Shown piece by piece: positions 1-9,960 of a DNA stretch of 64,000 bases. A program made the position numbers and the translations under genes. The notes below the pieces were generated by a model. That model saw nothing but the letters and a program-made list of their open reading frames with translations. It was not told the origin of the DNA and made no database searches. Positions within the stretch are counted from its first letter, which is position 1. Every line of letters begins with the position of its first letter. The DNA is from Gammaproteobacteria bacterium (lineage in GTDB: Bacteria; Pseudomonadota; Gammaproteobacteria; Thiohalobacterales; Thiohalobacteraceae): positions 696 to 64,695 of the forward strand of contig PABG01000083.1 in assembly GCA_002699185.1 (NCBI GenBank), read 5' to 3'.

Positions 1-112
1 CGTCGGTGCCATGTTCGATATGAAATTCAACCAGTTTCGCCAGGCTGGTGTAGTCGACCGCCCCGTCCTCGTGCATCGGGGTCACCAGCGCGACCATGCT
101 GCCATGGAACAT
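1..112 (-). CDS. dapA: 4-hydroxy-tetrahydrodipicolinate synthase, 5' part (runs off the window)
   Basis: Manual translation [37 protein letters not shown]; GGAG RBS; divergent from gcvR-bcp as in the usual dapA locus. Not in the ORF track. Confidence 0.9.
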   Translation of the reverse strand, partial: MFHGSMVALVTPMHEDGAVDYTSLAKLVEFHIEHGTD

Positions 113-267
113 GCAACTTACTCCGCAAGCCTGTTTCGGGACCCGGGTCGGGATACCCCTGAAACCGCCACATACTACTGGTCCGCCCCGGTGCTGACAA
201 GGCGACGACGCCGTAGTGGCAATGCACGCCGGCTCTAAAGTATTCTTGGCCGAAAAGGTGAGACAAT

Positions 268-1353
268 ATGAGCGAAAAAGAGCAAGCCCCCCTGCGTGAA
301 ATCCGCATCAACCCCATCGTGCCGAGTGAGTCCGTCCTGGTGGCCACCGCCCGCGCCATGCGCCCGCGCAAGGACGAGGAACCGGCCCCGCGCGACACCC
401 GCCGTCACGTCGAGCGCTGCCCCTTCTGTCAGGGCAACGAGGCCATGACCCCACCGACCATCATGGCGGTGCCCGGCGAGGAGAACTGGCAGATCCGCAT
501 GGTGGAAAACCTGTATCCGGTGCTGGGCGAGACCGCCGGCGGCGCCCTCACCTTCGGCCTGCAGCAGGCCATCGACGGCTATGGCCGCCATGAGGTGATC
601 ATCGACAACGCCGTCCACGGCATCGCCATCCATGAGATGGACGAGGCGCACCTGGCCCTGCTGTTCGGGGTCTACCGTGACCGCATGGCCCAACTCTACG
701 CCTCCGATTCGCGCATCCGCTACGTGCTCGTCTTCAAGAACTTCGGCCCGGCGGCGGGCGCGAGCATCGCCCACACCCACAGCCAGATCATCGCCATGCC
801 GGTGGTGCCCGAAAACCTGCACAACGAACTGCTCAACAGCCGCGTTCATTACCAGAAATACAACCAGTGCATCTTCTGTTCGCTGATCGATGAGGCACTG
901 ACCTTCGAGGCCACCATCTACGACCGTGTCTCGGGTGAGATCCGGCGCAAAATCAACGTCGGCCAGTACGTGGTTGAACGCGGCGAGCACTTCATCGCCA
1001 TCAAGCCCTTCGCCAGCCGCTACGAATGGGAGGTACACATCCTGCCGCTGCAGCACGACAGCGACTTCCTCAATATTAGCGACGCTCAACGGGCCGATCT
1101 GGCACGGGTTATGCGCCGCACCATGGCGCGGCTCGATGCGGTGGTCGGCGGCGTGCAGTACAATTACTTCCTGCACTCGCTGCCGCGCAGCGAGGCCTAT
1201 GCCGACTGCCAGTCCGGTTTCCACTGGCATCTGGAAATCTGCCCGCGGACCAGTATCCCGACCGGCTTCGAGCTCGGCTCGGGGCTGTTCGTCAATACCA
1301 TCAGCCCGGAAGACGCCGCCCAACAGCTACGCGAGGTCAGCCTGGAATCATGA
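268..1353 (+). CDS. GalT/HIT-family nucleotidyltransferase, probably adenylylsulfate:phosphate adenylyltransferase (APAT, 'ADP sulfurylase')
   Basis: CPFC and CIFC Zn motifs, [17 protein letters not shown] (HxHxQ), C-terminal GFELGSG; no gal genes nearby; sulfur-oxidiser context. Family is secure, substrate is inferred. Confidence 0.7.
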   Translation: MSEKEQAPLREIRINPIVPSESVLVATARAMRPRKDEEPAPRDTRRHVERCPFCQGNEAMTPPTIMAVPGEENWQIRMVENLYPVLGETAGGALTFGLQQAIDGYGRHEVIIDNAVHGIAIHEMDEAHLALLFGVYRDRMAQLYASDSRIRYVLVFKNFGPAAGASIAHTHSQIIAMPVVPENLHNELLNSRVHYQKYNQCIFCSLIDEALTFEATIYDRVSGEIRRKINVGQYVVERGEHFIAIKPFASRYEWEVHILPLQHDSDFLNISDAQRADLARVMRRTMARLDAVVGGVQYNYFLHSLPRSEAYADCQSGFHWHLEICPRTSIPTGFELGSGLFVNTISPEDAAQQLREVSLES

Positions 1354-1880
1354 GCACTCATCTCGTCATCTCCGCCCTGGGCGCCGACCAGCCGGGCCTG
1401 GTCGACGAACTGACCCGCTGTATCTACGACTACGGCGGCAATGTCGCCGACAGCCGCATGACGGTGCTGGGCGGGGATTTCGCCGTCATGCTGCTGGTGA
1501 CCGGCAACTGGAATGCCATCGCCAAGCTCGAGGACCAGCTGCCGCAGCTGGGCGAGAAGCTCGGCCTGACCGTGAGCCTGCGCCGCACGGAGGAGCGCCA
1601 GTACAGCCGCGATACCCTGCCCTATGTGGTCGAGGTGGTCGCCATGGACAATCCCGGCATCGTGCACAACCTGGCCCACTTCTTCTCTGCCCGCAACATC
1701 AACATCCAGGACCTGAACACCAGCAGCTACGCCGCCCCGCACACCGGCACGCCCATGTTTGCCGTGCATATGACGGTGCAGATACCGGCCAAACAGCATA
1801 TCTCCAGCCTGCGGGAGGAATTCATGGATTTCTGCGATCAGCTGAACCTGGACGCCATCATCGAACCGGCCAAAGGCTGA
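1350..1880 (+). CDS. gcvR: Glycine cleavage system regulator GcvR (two ACT domains)
   Basis: LVISALGADQPGLV and DNPGIV ACT motifs; between dapA and bcp. Confidence 0.9.
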   Translation: MSTHLVISALGADQPGLVDELTRCIYDYGGNVADSRMTVLGGDFAVMLLVTGNWNAIAKLEDQLPQLGEKLGLTVSLRRTEERQYSRDTLPYVVEVVAMDNPGIVHNLAHFFSARNINIQDLNTSSYAAPHTGTPMFAVHMTVQIPAKQHISSLREEFMDFCDQLNLDAIIEPAKG

Positions 1881-1890
1881 AGGAGGCAGC

Positions 1891-2364
1891 ATGAGCGTCA
1901 CCATCGGCAAGAAGGTCCGTGATTTCACTCTGCCCATGACGGGCGACCGGACCTTCAAACTCTCCGATTGCAGGGGAAAGAACGTGGTGTTGTATTTCTA
2001 CCCCAAGGACAATACACCGGGCTGCACCACCGAGGGCCAGGACTTTCGCGACAGTTACAGCAAATTCAAACGCCAGAAAACCCTGGTCTTCGGAATCTCG
2101 CGGGACAGCCTGAAAAGCCACGAGAACTTCAAGAGCAGGCACGAGTTCCCCTTTGAACTGCTGTCCGACACCGAGGAAAAGGCCTGCAAGCAGTTCGACG
2201 TGATCAAGGAAAAGAACATGTACGGCAGGAAGGTGATGGGCATCGAACGCAGCACCTTTCTCATTGACGAGCAGGGAGTGCTCCGGCAGGAGTGGCGCAA
2301 GGTCAGGGTCAAGGGCCACGTCGACGAGGTCCTCGAGGCCGTCAAACAACTCAACAAGTCCTGA
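1891..2364 (+). CDS. bcp: Peroxiredoxin Bcp/PrxQ
   Basis: YFYPKDNTPGCTTE peroxidatic motif; ERSTFLID. Confidence 0.93.
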   Translation: MSVTIGKKVRDFTLPMTGDRTFKLSDCRGKNVVLYFYPKDNTPGCTTEGQDFRDSYSKFKRQKTLVFGISRDSLKSHENFKSRHEFPFELLSDTEEKACKQFDVIKEKNMYGRKVMGIERSTFLIDEQGVLRQEWRKVRVKGHVDEVLEAVKQLNKS

Positions 2365-2412
2365 ACTGCTCCCGCACACTCACACATATCACTAGGCGGA
2401 ATCCTCAATTAC

Positions 2413-3816
2413 ATGCCACATAAACGCCTGTTCGTGCTCGACACCAACGTCCTCATGCACGACCCGACCGCGCTGTTCCGGTTTCAGGAACACGACATCT
2501 TCCTGCCCATGGTGGTACTGGAGGAGCTTGACGCCGGCAAGAAGGGAGTCACCGAGGTGGCCCGCAACGTGCGCCAGGTCAACCGTTTCCTCGATGAACT
2601 GACCTGCGATGCGGCGCATGAAGACATCGAGCGGGGACTGCAACTGTCACAGCGCCCGTTCGACACCAATAGCCATGGCCTGGACGCCTCCGGCGTTCTG
2701 TACCTGCAGACTCGCAGCCTTCCCTTCGAACTGCCTGCCGCACTGCCCGGCAATGTCCCGGACAACAACATTCTCGGCACCGCCCTGGCCCTGCAGCAGA
2801 AGCAGCCCGATGCTCGGGTTACGCTGGTATCCAAGGACATCAACCTGCGCATCAAGGCGGCCATCGTCGGCATTCACGCCGAGGACTACTACAACGACCA
2901 GGTGCTGGATGACGTCAATCTGCTCTACAAGGGGATGGCCGAACTGCCGGGCGATTTCTGGAACAGCATCGGCGACCGGATGGATTCCTGGCAGGACAAC
3001 GGCCGCAGCCTGTATCGCATCAATGACGCAATGACACAGGACTGGCACCTGAACCAGGGCATCTACCTGCCGGGCGATAACGAGTTCGAGGCCATGGTGC
3101 GCGAACGCGACGCGGACAGCGCCGTCGTCGAGGTGCTGCGCGACTACCGCAAACCCAATCATTCGGTCTGGGGCATCACCGCGCGCAACCGGGAACAGAA
3201 CTTCGCACTCAACCTGTTGATGGATCCGGATATCGATTTCGTCACCCTGGTGGGACAGGCCGGCAGTGGCAAGACGCTGCTGACCCTGGCCGCCGCGCTC
3301 ACCCTGACGCTGGACGAGAAGCGCTTCAGCGAGATCATCATGACCCGGGTGACGGTTCCGGTGGGGGAGGACATCGGCTTCCTGCCCGGCACCGAGGAGG
3401 AAAAGATGACACCCTGGATGGGCGCGCTGATGGACAATCTGGAAGTGCTGACCCAGTCCGATGCCGCCGGCGAATGGGGCCGGGCGGCGACCAACGATCT
3501 GCTGCACCGGCGCATCCGGATCCATTCCCTGAATTTCATGCGCGGGCGCACGTTCCTGAACAAGTTCCTCATCATCGACGAGGCGCAGAACCTGACCTCC
3601 AAGCAGATGAAGACCCTGATCACCCGCGCCGGCCCCGGCACCAAGGTGGTCTGCCTGGGCAACGTGGCCCAGATCGACACGCCCTACCTGACCGAGACCA
3701 CCTCCGGCCTGACCTACGTGGTCGACCGCTTCAAGGGCTGGGGTTACGGGGGCCATGTCACCCTGCGCCAGGGCGAGCGTTCACGGCTGGCGGATTACGC
3801 GTCGGAGAATCTCTGA
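2413..3816 (+). CDS. PhoH2 protein (PIN domain + PhoH ATPase)
   Basis: N-terminal VLDTNVL PIN motif, Walker A GQAGSGKT, RGRT and DEAQN motifs. Confidence 0.92.
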   Translation: MPHKRLFVLDTNVLMHDPTALFRFQEHDIFLPMVVLEELDAGKKGVTEVARNVRQVNRFLDELTCDAAHEDIERGLQLSQRPFDTNSHGLDASGVLYLQTRSLPFELPAALPGNVPDNNILGTALALQQKQPDARVTLVSKDINLRIKAAIVGIHAEDYYNDQVLDDVNLLYKGMAELPGDFWNSIGDRMDSWQDNGRSLYRINDAMTQDWHLNQGIYLPGDNEFEAMVRERDADSAVVEVLRDYRKPNHSVWGITARNREQNFALNLLMDPDIDFVTLVGQAGSGKTLLTLAAALTLTLDEKRFSEIIMTRVTVPVGEDIGFLPGTEEEKMTPWMGALMDNLEVLTQSDAAGEWGRAATNDLLHRRIRIHSLNFMRGRTFLNKFLIIDEAQNLTSKQMKTLITRAGPGTKVVCLGNVAQIDTPYLTETTSGLTYVVDRFKGWGYGGHVTLRQGERSRLADYASENL

Positions 3817-3827
3817 CCTTTGCGGCA

Positions 3828-4034
3828 TTAACGCAGAGGCGCGGAGAATAGCAAGAAATCTCTCATTATTCTGTCATTGCGAGGAGCAGAGCGACGCGGC
3901 AATCTTTATCCGATTGATTCTGCCGTTCGAGATTGCTTCGCGATGCTCGCAATGACGGGCTTAAGTGAATGACTCAGAGTTTCCTCTGCGTCTTTGCACC
4001 CAAAGGGCATAAACGCCTCTGCGTCCTCTGCGTT
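3828..4034. repeat. Palindromic intergenic element with AACGCAGAGGCGC...CTCTGCGTT arms, enclosing a second REP-like element
   Basis: Left arm ttaacgcagaggcgcggag, right arm ctctgcgtcctctgcgtta; left arm recurs at 63969. Confidence 0.65.
3873..3956. repeat. REP-like palindrome, GTCATTGCGAG...CGCAATGAC family, copy 1
   Basis: Terminal inverted repeats gtcattgcgag/ctcgcaatgac; inner gcaatct/agattgc; copies at 11056 and 49378. Confidence 0.85.
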
Positions 4035-5118
4035 ATTCCCCGCCGGCACCAGCCGGTTCCGCCCCGGCCTCGGGCTCCTTGCGCGGCCAGGCCTTGAGCA
4101 CGGCCTTCACCAGGGTGGCCAGCGGAATGGCGAAGAATATGCCCCAGAAGCCCCAGATGCCGCCGAACACCAGCACCGCGACGATGATCGCCACCGGATG
4201 CAGGTCCACCACCTCGGAGAACAGCAGCGGCACCAGCACATTGCCGTCCAGGGCCTGGATCACGGCATAGGCTGCCAGCACGTAAAAGAACTCGCTCCCC
4301 CAGCCCCACTGAAAATAGGCGATGATGGCGATCGGCACCGTCACCACGGCCGCGCCGATGTAGGGGATGATCACCGACAGGCCGACCAGGGTGCTGAGCA
4401 GAACGGCGTACTGCAGCCCCATGAGGGTGAAGGTGGCATAAGTCACTCCGCCGACAATGAAGATCTCCCACATCTTGCCGCGGATGTAGTTGCCGATCTG
4501 GGCATTGACGTCATGCCAGACAGCGGTGGAGAGATGCCGCTCACGCGGCAGGTAGGAGGCCAGCCAGCCGAGGATGCGGTCCTTGTCCTTGAGAAAGAAG
4601 AACACCAGCACCGGCACCAGGATCAGATACACCAGCAGGGTGATCAGGCTGACCAGAGAGGCCACCGACAGCGACAGCACCCGCTGGCCCATGCTGCCGA
4701 GTTCGGTGCGTATGGCAAGCATGAACTCGCGGATCTGCTCATCGGTAACGAAATTGGGATAACGCTCCGGCAGCTTGAGCAGCATCGCCTGGCCGCGGCT
4801 GACCATATCCGGCAGCTGCTGCACCAGCTGAGTCAGCTGGAAGGACAACCGCGGGATGATGCCGAAGAAGGCGAACAGCAGGAACAGCATGAAGACGATG
4901 AATACCACCAGTACCGCCCAGGTACGGCCGATGCCGCGCCGTTCCAGGGGCACGACCAGGCCGTCAAGCAGATAGGCGATCACGACACCCGCCAGCACCG
5001 GCGCCAGCATGTGCCCCATGGTCAGTACCACGGCGAAGCCGACGATCAGAAACAGCGCGAGGATGACGACCTGGGGATCGGAGAAGTAGCGGCGGAACCA
5101 GTTGCGGATGATGTCCAT
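4033..5118 (-). CDS. AI-2E (PerM) family transporter
   Basis: Multi-TM protein with IPYIGA and QALDGNVLVPLLFSEVVDLHP motifs. Confidence 0.9.
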   Translation of the reverse strand: MDIIRNWFRRYFSDPQVVILALFLIVGFAVVLTMGHMLAPVLAGVVIAYLLDGLVVPLERRGIGRTWAVLVVFIVFMLFLLFAFFGIIPRLSFQLTQLVQQLPDMVSRGQAMLLKLPERYPNFVTDEQIREFMLAIRTELGSMGQRVLSLSVASLVSLITLLVYLILVPVLVFFFLKDKDRILGWLASYLPRERHLSTAVWHDVNAQIGNYIRGKMWEIFIVGGVTYATFTLMGLQYAVLLSTLVGLSVIIPYIGAAVVTVPIAIIAYFQWGWGSEFFYVLAAYAVIQALDGNVLVPLLFSEVVDLHPVAIIVAVLVFGGIWGFWGIFFAIPLATLVKAVLKAWPRKEPEAGAEPAGAGGE

Positions 5119-5128
5119 GGGCCGAGAT

Positions 5129-5509
5129 TCAGGACCAGCGCTCGAGATAGGCCTGGTAGTGCTCTTCGAATACGGCCTCCAGCCGGTCGATCACTTCCTC
5201 GGCCGCCTTGCCGTACATCACGTGTTCTGTCACCAGCGGTGAGGTCTCGTTGAGGAGCTTATTCTTGTCCAGCATGTAATAGCTTTCGGACAGGCGTTTG
5301 ACCGCCTTGATGACGGATTCGGACTCCGGCCGCGGGATCGGTTTCGGGGTTTCGGGCGGCGGTGGTTCAGCCGGTGCCGCTGCCTGCGGCTGCGGCAGCC
5401 CCGTCGCGGGCCGGCTGGCGAGAAACTCGGCGTAGCGGATCAGGGCGTGGCGGTCGGCCTCGCTCAGTTCTCGAAACAGTTCCGTCAACCTGGCTTCATC
5501 TACGGACAT
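5129..5509 (-). CDS. Hypothetical protein, 126 aa, with Pro-rich linker
   Basis: Start re-called at MSVDE because the longer ORF begins inside a REP element; protein-like composition; same strand as lysR and perM. Confidence 0.75.
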   Translation of the reverse strand: MSVDEARLTELFRELSEADRHALIRYAEFLASRPATGLPQPQAAAPAEPPPPETPKPIPRPESESVIKAVKRLSESYYMLDKNKLLNETSPLVTEHVMYGKAAEEVIDRLEAVFEEHYQAYLERWS

Positions 5510-5538
5510 ATTTTCTCTAAAAGCAGTTTCCAGATCCT

Positions 5539-5621
5539 GTAGGATGGGTGAAGGCGCACTGCGCCGCAACCCATCGGCAGACCGCGCCATGATGGGTTGC
5601 GCTTCGCTCCACCCATCCTAC
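5539..5621. repeat. GTAG-family REP doublet (GTAGGATGGG type)
   Basis: gtaggatgggtg...acccatcctac inverted pair; near-identical copy at 18168. Confidence 0.88.
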
Positions 5622-5628
5622 AGCCCGA

Positions 5629-6540
5629 TCACTCCCAGTCGTCCTGATGCGTCTTGCAGTAATGGCGGGCGAATTCCAGCAGCTCGTCCATGGCCAGGTG
5701 CCGGAACTTCTGCTTCTGGTGCACGAAGGAGAAAGGCCGTTCCAGCTTCGGCTCGAGCTGCAGCGCGACCAGGGTCTGGAGTTTCAATTCCTTCTGAATG
5801 GTCGCGCGGGAGACAATGGATACACCCATCGCGGCCTCCACCGCGCCTTTGACCGCCTCGGGGCTGCCCAGCTCCATGCAGACGCTGATATCGGTCATGT
5901 TCACCCCGGCCTGGCCCAGGTATTCACTGATCACCTCGCGGGTACCCGAACCCTCCTCGCGGCAGATGTAGGGATACTTCAGCATGTCCTCGATCTTGAC
6001 CACCTTGTTTCCGGCCAGCGGGTGACTGGGCGGCACGATGGCCACCAGTTCGTCCATGCGGCAGATCTCCACCACCAGGTTCTTGTTGGTCACCGGGGCC
6101 TCGACCACGCCCAGGTCGATGATGTTGTTCTCCACCATGGAGACGATGCCGTCGGTGTTGGATACGCGCAGCTGCACGTTCACATCCGGATACTTGTTGC
6201 GGAAATCGCCCAGCAGGGCGGGCAGCATGTACTCGGCGATGGTGGTGCTGGCGCCGATCATGACCACGCCGCTGATATCGCCGGTCATCTCGCGAACGGC
6301 GTTTTCCATGTCGTTGTACAGGTCGAAGATGCGGTCGGAGTACTCGAATACCCGGCGGCCGGCCTCGGTCAGGCTGATGCGGTTGTGGGTGCGGTCGAAC
6401 AGGCGGGTATTGAAATGCTCCTCCAGCTGGCGGACCTGGAAGGTGACGGCCGGCTGGGTCATGTGCAGCGTCTCCGCCGCCTTGGTGAAACTCAGCAGGC
6501 GCGCCACTGTGTGAAAGACCTGCAATCTGCGATCAGCCAT
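5629..6540 (-). CDS. LysR-family regulator, CysL/YeiE-like
   Basis: HTH SFTKAAETLHMTQPAVTFQVRQLE; effector-domain motifs GASTTIAEY and REEGSGTR. Confidence 0.88.
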   Translation of the reverse strand: MADRRLQVFHTVARLLSFTKAAETLHMTQPAVTFQVRQLEEHFNTRLFDRTHNRISLTEAGRRVFEYSDRIFDLYNDMENAVREMTGDISGVVMIGASTTIAEYMLPALLGDFRNKYPDVNVQLRVSNTDGIVSMVENNIIDLGVVEAPVTNKNLVVEICRMDELVAIVPPSHPLAGNKVVKIEDMLKYPYICREEGSGTREVISEYLGQAGVNMTDISVCMELGSPEAVKGAVEAAMGVSIVSRATIQKELKLQTLVALQLEPKLERPFSFVHQKQKFRHLAMDELLEFARHYCKTHQDDWE

Positions 6541-6744
6541 GACTCTCTCTGTACTGCCTTATCCGGGGTTGAAGCTGCAGGACGTGACAGGGAAACACCC
6601 TCCCGGTGCGAATGGCGGGCCGCGCCGCACACCCCATCCTTCCCGCGCTATGCAATTGTTTTTGAAGCACCTGCCATTTTTCAGGCGGGTGCCAATCCTA
6701 GCAGCAAACGAGAGAATATAAAATATACTAATGTGGCTATCCGC

Positions 6745-9700
6745 TCAGGGCGTGGCATGGCGACGCCAGCGGGCGGCGTAATACAGCACCGGAATCACCA
6801 CCAGGGTCAGCAGGGTGGAGACAAACACGCCGAATATCAGAGAGATAGCCAGGCCGCTGAAGATGGGGTCGTCAAGGATGAAAAAGGCCCCCAGCATCGC
6901 CGCCAGACCGGTCAGGACAATGGGCTTGGCCCGCACCGCGCCCGAGCGCAGCACGGCCTCTTCGAAGGCCACCCCGCGCCCGACCTCGTGGTTGATGAAA
7001 TCCACCAGCAGGATGGAATTGCGCACAATGATGCCCGCCAGCGCGATCATGCCGATCATGGAGCTGGCGGTGAAGGGCGCGCCCAGCAGGGCATGACCCG
7101 GCATCACCCCGATCACGGTCAGCGGGATCGGCGCCATGATGATCAGCGGCACCAGGTAGGAACGGAACTGGGCCACGATGAGCAGGTAGATCAGCAGCAG
7201 CCCGACCGAATAGGCGATGCCCATGTCGCGGAAGGTCTCGTAGGTGATCTGCCACTCCCCGTCCCATTTCAGGCTGTATTTATAGGGGTTCTCGGGTTGA
7301 TCGATGAAATGCTGCTCGATCGGCTCGGGCCGGCCCAGGGTGTTGTCGCGCAGCTGGCCGACGATGTCGAACATGCCGTAGAGCGGACTGTCCACGCCGC
7401 CCGCCACATCGGCGGTGACATAGACCACCGGCAGCAGGTCCTTGTGCTGGATGGCGCGCTCGCGCAGCCCCTCGCGCACCTCGACGATGTCGGCCAGGCG
7501 CACACTGCGTCCCCCCTCGCCGAACACTTCCATGGCCAGCAGCCGTTCCAGCCGGTCCTTGTCCTGCACCGGCAGTTCCAGCCGCACCGGCACCGGATAC
7601 TTGTCGTGCCCGGTGTGCAGGTAGGTGACGTCCTCGCCCGACAGTGCGGCGGTCATGGCCTGGACCACGCTGGACTGCGCCAGGCCGAAGCGCGCCGCCC
7701 GGCTGCGGTCGACGGCCACATAGAACTGAGGCGCGGCGGCCTCGACGCTGTCGTCGATATCGACCACGTGCGCAGTGCCGGCGAAGACCTGCTTCAGTTC
7801 GCCTGCCAACCCGATCTGGCCCGCGTAGCTCAGGCCATAGATCTCGGCCACCAGCGGCGACAGCACCGGCGGCCCGGCCGGCATCTCCACCACCTTGACA
7901 CTGCCCTGGTAGCGCTCGGCGATGGCCGCGAGCATGGGCCGCACCGCCAGGGCGATGTCGTGGCTCTTGCGGCTGCGCTCGGCCTTGTCCCGGAGATTGA
8001 CCTGGATATCGCCCTGGTGCGCCTCGCTGCGCAGATAATACTGGCGCACCAGGCCGTTGAAGTTGATGGGCGAGGCGGTCCCGGCATAGATCTGATAGTC
8101 GGTCACTTCGGGCACCTGTGAGAGCGCCGCTCCCATCTCGTCCAGTACCCGGGTGGTCTGCTCCAGGCTGGTCCCCTCGGGCATGTCCAGCACCACCTGG
8201 AACTCGGACTTGTTGTCGAAGGGCAGCATCTTGAGCACCACCCACTGATTCACCGCCATGCCCAGCGACAGCACGATCAGGACCAGGGTGACGATGCCGA
8301 GCAGCAGGCGCTTCATGCGGCCCTGGCGGCCGCGCAGAAAGGGTCCGACGAATCGACTGAACAAGGCATAGAGCCCGGCCGGCACCCCTTCACCGCCCTC
8401 GCCCGCACCGTGGCTGCCGACGAGCTTGTAGCTCAGCCAGGGCGTGACCACGAAGGCCACGGCCAGCGAGATCAGCATGCCGATGCTGGCATTGATCGGG
8501 ATCGGGCTCATGTAGGGCCCAATCAGGCCGGTGACGAAGGCCATGGGCAGCAGCGCGGCGATCACCGTCAGGGTGGCGAGGATGGTCGGCCCGCCCACCT
8601 CATTGACCGCCAGCGGGATCGCCTCCTTGAGGCTGCGCCCACCCATGCCCATGTGGCGATGGATGTTCTCCACCACCACGATGGCATCGTCGACCAGGAT
8701 GCCGATGGAGAAGATCAGCGCGAACAGCGAGACCCGGTTGAGGGTGAAGCCCCAGGCCCAGGAGGCGAACAGGGTGATGGCCAGGGTGATGATCACGGCC
8801 AGGCCGACAATCACGGCCTCGCGCCAGCCGAGCGCGATCAGCACCAGGCCGACCACCAGCGCGGTGGCGAAGGCCAGCTTCTTGATCAGGGTCTGGGCCT
8901 TGTCGTTGGCGGTCTTGCCGTAATCGCGGGTGAGGGTGATCTCGATGTCATCCGGGATGAAGGTGCCGCGCAGCTGCTCGAAACGCTCGATCACCGCATT
9001 GGCGATGTCCACGGCATTGGTGCCCGGCTTCTTGCCGATAGCCAGGGTCACGGCGGGGAATTCGCCCCTGGCCTCGATACCCTTGTCCGCGGCTGCCGCG
9101 CCGGCACCGAAGCGCACATACTGCTCCGGCTGGTCCGGCCCGTAGCGCACCTCGGCCACGTCGCGCAGGTACACCGGCTGGCCCTGGTGCATGCCGACCA
9201 CCAGTTCGGCGACCTGCTCCGGATGGCTGAGGAAATCGCCGGCCCGGACCGGGATCTCACGGTTGCCGCCGACCAGCATGCCGCTGTCGCTGGAATGGTT
9301 GGCCGCGGTCAGGGCGCGTTTGAGCTGGGCGACATCGATGTCGTAGCCGGCCAGCTTCGGCAGGTCCAGCAGCACATGCACCACCCGGTCGGCACCGCCG
9401 ATGGTGGCGATCTCGCGGGTGCCGGGCACGCGCTTGAGTTCGGCCTCCAGGGCATGCGCCACCCGCTGCAGTTCATAGGCGCCGCGGTTGCGATCCCGCG
9501 TCCACAGGGTGGCGGTCACGATCGGTACGTCGTCGATGCCCTTGGGCTTGATGATCGGCTGCAGGGTGCCGAGATTCGGCGGCAGCCAGTCCTGGTTGGA
9601 GAAGATGGCGTTGTACAGGCGCACGATGGCCTGGGTGCGCGCCTCGCCGACCTCGTATTCGACCGTCAGCACCGCCTGGTTCGGTCGGGAGACGGAATAG

Positions 9701-9960
9701 ATGTGCTTGACCCCCTCGATCTCGGACAGCACCTGCTCGGCCGGGGTGGTGACCAGCTGCTCGACCTCGCGCGCGGTCGCCCCGGGAAAGGGAATGAAGA
9801 CATTGGCGAAGGTGACATTGATCTGGGGCTCTTCCTCGCGCGGCGTGATCAGCACCGCCAGCACCCCGAGCAGGAAGCCCAGCAGCGCCAGCAGGGGGGT
9901 GATCTGGGTATCGAGGAAGGTCCGGGCGACCCGTCCGGAAAAACCGAGCCGATCGCTCAC
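6745..9960 (-). CDS. RND efflux permease (AcrB/CzcA superfamily)
   Basis: 1071 aa, two TM bundles, GILVDDAIVVVENI motif. Confidence 0.93.
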   Translation of the reverse strand: MSDRLGFSGRVARTFLDTQITPLLALLGFLLGVLAVLITPREEEPQINVTFANVFIPFPGATAREVEQLVTTPAEQVLSEIEGVKHIYSVSRPNQAVLTVEYEVGEARTQAIVRLYNAIFSNQDWLPPNLGTLQPIIKPKGIDDVPIVTATLWTRDRNRGAYELQRVAHALEAELKRVPGTREIATIGGADRVVHVLLDLPKLAGYDIDVAQLKRALTAANHSSDSGMLVGGNREIPVRAGDFLSHPEQVAELVVGMHQGQPVYLRDVAEVRYGPDQPEQYVRFGAGAAAADKGIEARGEFPAVTLAIGKKPGTNAVDIANAVIERFEQLRGTFIPDDIEITLTRDYGKTANDKAQTLIKKLAFATALVVGLVLIALGWREAVIVGLAVIITLAITLFASWAWGFTLNRVSLFALIFSIGILVDDAIVVVENIHRHMGMGGRSLKEAIPLAVNEVGGPTILATLTVIAALLPMAFVTGLIGPYMSPIPINASIGMLISLAVAFVVTPWLSYKLVGSHGAGEGGEGVPAGLYALFSRFVGPFLRGRQGRMKRLLLGIVTLVLIVLSLGMAVNQWVVLKMLPFDNKSEFQVVLDMPEGTSLEQTTRVLDEMGAALSQVPEVTDYQIYAGTASPINFNGLVRQYYLRSEAHQGDIQVNLRDKAERSRKSHDIALAVRPMLAAIAERYQGSVKVVEMPAGPPVLSPLVAEIYGLSYAGQIGLAGELKQVFAGTAHVVDIDDSVEAAAPQFYVAVDRSRAARFGLAQSSVVQAMTAALSGEDVTYLHTGHDKYPVPVRLELPVQDKDRLERLLAMEVFGEGGRSVRLADIVEVREGLRERAIQHKDLLPVVYVTADVAGGVDSPLYGMFDIVGQLRDNTLGRPEPIEQHFIDQPENPYKYSLKWDGEWQITYETFRDMGIAYSVGLLLIYLLIVAQFRSYLVPLIIMAPIPLTVIGVMPGHALLGAPFTASSMIGMIALAGIIVRNSILLVDFINHEVGRGVAFEEAVLRSGAVRAKPIVLTGLAAMLGAFFILDDPIFSGLAISLIFGVFVSTLLTLVVIPVLYYAARWRRHATP

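Noticed and set aside
2413-3816. PIN domain as part of a toxin-antitoxin or defence system
   Set aside because: Ordinary PIN-PhoH fusion in a housekeeping context with no antitoxin-like ORF.
5647-8121. Long ORFs on the opposite strand or frame (also 8410-10074, 23450-25243, 51769-54222, 55638-57443, 58134-60668)
   Set aside because: Antisense shadows of well-supported genes, expected in high-GC DNA; no recognisable motifs.
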